Below are positions 59,513 through 64,000 of a stretch of 64,000 nucleotides of DNA, in pieces. Positions within the stretch are counted from its first letter, which is position 1; the number at the start of each line of letters is the position of its first letter. This DNA is from Cenarchaeum sp. (GTDB lineage Archaea; Thermoproteota; Nitrososphaeria; Nitrososphaerales; Nitrosopumilaceae), in NCBI GenBank assembly GCA_965212015.1, contig OZ243037.1, positions 1,440,001 through 1,504,000 of the forward strand. The letters are read 5' to 3'. The translations under genes and the position numbers were made by a program. The notes under the pieces were generated by a model. It was not told where the DNA came from. It searched no databases and saw only the letters and a list, made by a program, of their open reading frames with translations.

Positions 59513-59924
59513 GGGGCTGGTGGAAAAGTTTGTCTCCAGTCCGGAGCAGGTAAGGACAGAGCTGGCAAACTCGCGCAGGAACCTAAAGTCGGCCCGCAAG
59601 ATGCTGGAAATTGACGAATGGGGACACTCGCAAGCGGCGGCGTATACCTCCATGCTTTTTGCTGCAAGGGGGCTCATGTTTTCCAAGGGATACAGGCCGC
59701 AGGGTCACGAGCATCACGTTGCAACAGTCTCGTTTGCCCACGTTTACGAGAGGAGGTATTCTGTAGAGACTCTGGCGGCCTTTGAGCGGGGCAGAAAGAT
59801 GAGAAACGAGTTCCAGTACGATGATGCCGGTGTAATATCGGAGGAGAGGGCCCGGGGACTGGTCGGCCATGCGGCAAAGTTTGCCTCCAAGACAAGGGAG
59901 ATCCTGAAACAGGCCGAGCTTTGA
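59487..59924 (+). CDS. HEPN-domain protein (putative toxin)
   Basis: AYTSML.AARGL, H, RNEFQY (RxxxxY variant); overlaps the MNT gene. Confidence 0.82.
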   Translation: MNLSDLQRKGLVEKFVSSPEQVRTELANSRRNLKSARKMLEIDEWGHSQAAAYTSMLFAARGLMFSKGYRPQGHEHHVATVSFAHVYERRYSVETLAAFERGRKMRNEFQYDDAGVISEERARGLVGHAAKFASKTREILKQAEL

Positions 59925-59960
59925 GGGTATTGTGCCTGCCGTCCGTTAGGCGCGGGCTCG

Positions 59961-61481
59961 TTATATCAGCAAGAGAAAGATTGAGGCCGGAATGATCACG
60001 TATTCTGGCTTTTCGTCCAAGTCTAGTTTGGAGACTACAATCCCGCTTTTTGTTGCAGTAGCATCAAGAAAGCTAGTCAGCCCGGTCAGTTCCGTGTGGT
60101 TGATTTTGTTCCTGTATTTTACCTCGATTGGAACCTCGATGTCCTGTCCGTCATACAGGACAAAATCCACCTCTTTTTTCTTTTCATCTTTCCAGTAAAA
60201 GATGTGATTGTAATAATCAAATGTCTGTTTTTTCCTGCTTGACGCAAATGCCAATCTGATCAGATGATCTGCAACGATGCCCTCGATAATCTTGCCCTGA
60301 TTGTCCTCCTCGTGTATGTAATCCAGACTGGTAGTAAAACTGTCCTTTGCACTCATCCATCCGTTGAACATGTGCAAAAAATATGGATCGCGGAAATAGA
60401 ATTTTCTGTCTCTTTTAATGATTGGAATTTTTTTGTCAGTCCCGTATTGATGGATTATTGACAGAGCAAACAAATCTTTTAGTGTATAAGCATAATCGGA
60501 AGCCGTATTCGGACTTCCCAAGGCCGCTTCCTTGGAAAGATTGCTCCAGGATGTGTGGCTGCTCTGACTTTTGATTATGGCTCCACAAAACTGCTTTAAT
60601 AGAGTTTCATTCTTTGCCATCTTGTTCCATTCACCAGTAATGCTTTCCAAATACACTGCATACAAACTTTCATCAATAGTGCCAGTTTTTATTTTTTCAT
60701 CCATTATTTTTGGAATTCCACCGGTCAGCATATACGCATTTAGCAATTCGGTTAGTTCATTTTGATGTACTTGTAGGTTATCCAGACTCTCATCAATTTC
60801 CAGATTTAATAATTTTGTAAATATTGTTTTTCTATCCTGCGATAAGAACAGATTGTTGTCGTGAATCAAATTCCTGATGTTCTGGCTTGCCAATGTGGCA
60901 TATTCTGAAAATTTCATCGGAAGTAAAACTTTGTCATAACTGTCATTAACCCTACCTCTACGACCCGGAAGTCGTTCTGTTGAATTTCTCATATTGATCG
61001 CCTGTGAACCCATGGCCATGACTGTACAATTTTTTAATTTATCCCCGTCAACTAGCCATTTTATCCCCTTTTGCCAATCCCTTACCGATGTAACTTCATC
61101 CAAAAATATATAGCAGCGATTGTTTTTACGGTATTTTGCGCTTATTCTCATGTACGTTTCAATTACATCCACGACATCTTGTTTTGTGTCGGCCATGTCT
61201 AGCGTATAATATAAAATATTCCATGGCGAGATGTTTTTTTCTAGAAATTCCTTTATCTGCAATTTAATGAGTGTGGTTTTTCCTACCTGTCTTGGGCCAC
61301 GCAGCGAATACACCACGGTATTGGAAGGCTCAAAATCATAGGCAATCTCGTGCTGAAGTCCGGGAACATGCTTTATTTCAGAATCGTTCCATTCCTTGAT
61401 CTGCTTGTCCTTTAGGATGCTTTTTGGATCGCCCCACCATGGGTTAAAATCCCGTATCGTGCTTTCTTTAATCATATTCAT
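59961..61481 (-). CDS. AAA_14 ATPase with DUF4143 / C-terminal PD-(D/E)xK domain
   Basis: FNPWW, GPRQVGKTT, IFLDEV, YMLTGGIP, KFYFRD, EVDFV...IEVKY. Confidence 0.88.
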   Translation of the reverse strand: MNMIKESTIRDFNPWWGDPKSILKDKQIKEWNDSEIKHVPGLQHEIAYDFEPSNTVVYSLRGPRQVGKTTLIKLQIKEFLEKNISPWNILYYTLDMADTKQDVVDVIETYMRISAKYRKNNRCYIFLDEVTSVRDWQKGIKWLVDGDKLKNCTVMAMGSQAINMRNSTERLPGRRGRVNDSYDKVLLPMKFSEYATLASQNIRNLIHDNNLFLSQDRKTIFTKLLNLEIDESLDNLQVHQNELTELLNAYMLTGGIPKIMDEKIKTGTIDESLYAVYLESITGEWNKMAKNETLLKQFCGAIIKSQSSHTSWSNLSKEAALGSPNTASDYAYTLKDLFALSIIHQYGTDKKIPIIKRDRKFYFRDPYFLHMFNGWMSAKDSFTTSLDYIHEEDNQGKIIEGIVADHLIRLAFASSRKKQTFDYYNHIFYWKDEKKKEVDFVLYDGQDIEVPIEVKYRNKINHTELTGLTSFLDATATKSGIVVSKLDLDEKPEYVIIPASIFLLLI

Positions 61482-61487
61482 GCCTAT

Positions 61488-61845
61488 TGACAGGTTCTTT
61501 ATATACCCTAACTTCAAGGTGTGACAGGTTCTTTATATACCCTAACTTCAAGGTGTGACAGGTTCTTTATATACCCTAACTTCAAGGTGTGACAGGTTCT
61601 TTATATACCCTAACTTCAAGGTGTGACAGGTTCTTTATATACCCTAACTTCAAGGTGTGACAGGTTCTTTATATACCCTAACTTCAAGGTGTGACAGGTT
61701 CTTTATATACCCTAACTTCAAGGTGTGACAGGTTCTTTATATACCCTAACTTCAAGGTGTGACAGGTTCTTTATATACCCTAACTTCAAGGTGTGACAGG
61801 TTCTTTATATACCCTAACTTCAAGGTGTGACAGGTTCTTTATATA
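61488..61845. repeat. Perfect 34-bp tandem array, 10 full copies + 18 bp
   Basis: Unit TGACAGGTTCTTTATATACCCTAACTTCAAGGTG, head-to-tail, no spacers. Confidence 0.95.
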
Positions 61846-62137
61846 TTCAGATAAATCCAATACTGACCGGCATGCTTGGATTTTTACGATCATTATCATG
61901 CAAGCATCAATGTCCAAAATTTACCCAATTCCACAAGGCCCAGCAGAGCAGTGAAATTATCGGCGTGTTCTGATGTACGATCCTGGATGTGCCGTGGGCG
62001 TATCCGGAGTTAGGTTCTGACATGAGCCGAATTCCCAATAACCAAATCATACCTTGCTGCTACAATTCCCCATGATTTCTTGTATAGTAAATTCTACTCG
62101 TCCAAGCGATTATGGCATTATCAGCTACAAGACCCCA

Positions 62138-63409
62138 TCATTTGGATTCTCTGTGGATTATGCTGTATTCTGAGTCGCCCTTGTCGTTTATGCTCCAGTT
62201 TACCGCCCCGAGCTCTGCAAGCCTTCCCATGGTGGCAAGTCTCCACTGGGCGATCTTGCGATCGACTATGGCACTTTGAGGCTCAAGTGAGTCAAGGTTG
62301 TATGTCTTGCTGGACTCGGGATTCTCCTTTACGTATTTGATTACGGCCTGTCTCATCTCCTCGCCTAGTATCATGGTAATTTTTGAATTCTTGTCGGATG
62401 CAACAGGACGTGTGATCCCTTTTTGATAATTCCTGACAATTCTGAGTGCTATCTCTACGAATCTCAACTCCAGCTTTCTTTTGGGAATCAGTTTTTTTAG
62501 GACAAAATCGGCCTCTTGTCTGCTCAGCGGTCTTGCATTGACATCTCCCATAATGATTGCATTTTCTAGCAAATAGAATTCCTTTCCTGCATCTGTCAGC
62601 GAGATGAACGTCTTTCCGCCACTCTCGAATGCAAAAACCAATCCCAAGGCAGATAATGCTCCCTCGAAATGATTTACCTTTGTAATCCTGTTCTTTCTTA
62701 CCTTTCCGATAAACTGGTCTTTGAATCTTTTCTGGGCCATGGAGATCTTTTCTTCATCCTTGTCGTCCCTGCCCTTCTTGGGAAGGCCGGTAGATGTTTT
62801 CTTGTTTCTGAGAATATTGTGCTCATTTTCATGCCTGTTAATTATTTCGGCAAATTCTTCTGCAATGTCGTATGCGTGAACCCTCAATTTGTTTAGCTCC
62901 ACTTTGGAATCCTTGCTCTGTTCAAGCAGGTCACACATCACGGACAGCACTATCTTGACTGGCAGTATTCTGCTGTAAAACCCAGACAGTAGCGGATATC
63001 CGTCGTACGGAATCACGTTTTTGGGCCTTGTGATCTTTAAGGCCCTGACGTATTTTCTTGTATGGTTAATGTTGGTGCGCAGCTCGAAGTGATCATGATC
63101 CGATCCTGCCAGCTTTTTTTGCTGTACCATCTCGTCGGCGTCACGGTCTATCTCCATGTCGCCAAACTGCCTTTTTCTCTCCTCTGAATTCATGCTTTGT
63201 TTCATGAATGCCTCCTGCTCGGCTGAAAACGGCATCAAATCCTTCATGAGCACCATGCATTCCTCGGGACGCGCGCTCTCCCAGGTAAGCAAAATGTCTA
63301 TGGCGGTCTTTAGAAAATCCTCTGTATTACGATATTTACTGTTCCCGACGAGCTCCCGTATTTTTTCTGCCTGAATCTCACGCACGGAATACTGTATCCT
63401 TTCTTCCAA
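62138..63409 (-). CDS. Hypothetical protein with RHH-like N-terminus and wHTH-like segments
   Basis: 423-aa ORF; KIRELV...YRNTEDFLKTAID resembles RHH; ISLTDAGKEF wing motif. Confidence 0.7.
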   Translation of the reverse strand: MEERIQYSVREIQAEKIRELVGNSKYRNTEDFLKTAIDILLTWESARPEECMVLMKDLMPFSAEQEAFMKQSMNSEERKRQFGDMEIDRDADEMVQQKKLAGSDHDHFELRTNINHTRKYVRALKITRPKNVIPYDGYPLLSGFYSRILPVKIVLSVMCDLLEQSKDSKVELNKLRVHAYDIAEEFAEIINRHENEHNILRNKKTSTGLPKKGRDDKDEEKISMAQKRFKDQFIGKVRKNRITKVNHFEGALSALGLVFAFESGGKTFISLTDAGKEFYLLENAIIMGDVNARPLSRQEADFVLKKLIPKRKLELRFVEIALRIVRNYQKGITRPVASDKNSKITMILGEEMRQAVIKYVKENPESSKTYNLDSLEPQSAIVDRKIAQWRLATMGRLAELGAVNWSINDKGDSEYSIIHRESK

Positions 63410-63587
63410 TGGCTTTATGATCTTTTGATACTATAAATATGATAGTATAAAGGGTAAAAATCTATTATAATACGATTATGAATTTTTTTAATGTACCATC
63501 TGTCATATATCCACCGTTTATATATTAAATATTGCCTTTATATGTAAATAAAGGTATCTTTATATATAACTAAAGCCATTACAGTAC

Positions 63588-64000
63588 ATGAACAATAACA
63601 CAATGATCAAATCCGAGACGGGCTTTACGCTGGACACCTGTGCGATAATCCGCATATGTGAGAACCGTAACGTAGCAGCCATGCTTGCCTGCCGAATTGA
63701 TTTTGAGAATTCGCCGGTATACCTGAACTCGATGACGGTATATGAGGCCGGAAAAAAAGGTCTGGACAAAAACGCGATAACATCCATTCTAAAAGACCGA
63801 TTGGGTGCGTCCGTGCTGTATGAGCCAGTTACTGCCGGGATGAATTCTGCCGCGATGGTTCTAGAGTGTCACCATAGCACGCTGCATTATGGTGATAGCC
63901 AGATCCTCGCGTTCAGCATCTCAAAATCCACGCTGCTCATCACCCGTGACAAAGGTCTGATTACGGCCGCCATAGAGGCAGGCTCTAATGCCGTAAATCC
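63588..64000 (+). CDS. PIN-domain protein (3' end runs off window)
   Basis: Not in ORF track; FTLDTCAII...VYE...LHYGDSQILA...LITRDKGL acidic quartet. Confidence 0.75.
   Translation, partial: MNNNTMIKSETGFTLDTCAIIRICENRNVAAMLACRIDFENSPVYLNSMTVYEAGKKGLDKNAITSILKDRLGASVLYEPVTAGMNSAAMVLECHHSTLHYGDSQILAFSISKSTLLITRDKGLITAAIEAGSNAVN

Noticed and set aside
61488-61845. CRISPR array
   Set aside because: Units are contiguous and identical with no spacers; no cas genes in the window

Overview
Archaeal chromosome segment. The gene content (tetraether synthase Tes, ADH/DHQS-II shikimate route, class I LysRS, Cdc48, pelota, 7S SRP RNA, futalosine-pathway genes) points to an ammonia-oxidising Nitrososphaerota, probably Nitrosopumilaceae; this is inferred from gene content only. 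A GC-richer housekeeping core (about 9.3-58.3 kb) carries thiDN/thiC, a full aro operon, mqnC/ubiD, bcp-Rieske-DpsL, tRNA-Arg(GCG), lysS-elp3, purM, cdc48, rpl2, SRP RNA, ncsA, a site-2 protease, pelota and tes. It is flanked by two more AT-rich, defence-like islands. The left island (1-9.1 kb) holds type III R-M res/mod, a mini-HNH, an HhH-GPD glycosylase + DUF6884-like gene pair, an Mrr_N-HNH and AbiE. The right island (58.5-64 kb) holds a nuclease-wHTH-MNT/HEPN pair, an AAA-DUF4143 ATPase preceded by a 10.5x perfect 34-bp TATA-containing tandem array, an unknown RHH-like protein and a PIN protein. The most interesting leads are: the glycosylase/DUF6884 module; the 34-bp promoter array; a shared GSGTP(Y/F)F-TM motif linking a membrane-tethered regulator with a small secreted protein next to a site-2 protease; an unannotated C/D box sRNA predicted to methylate C34 of tRNA-Leu(CAA); a frame-shifting 10-bp repeat in res; and a structured intergenic element in the aro operon. 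All family assignments are by motif recognition, not by database search.
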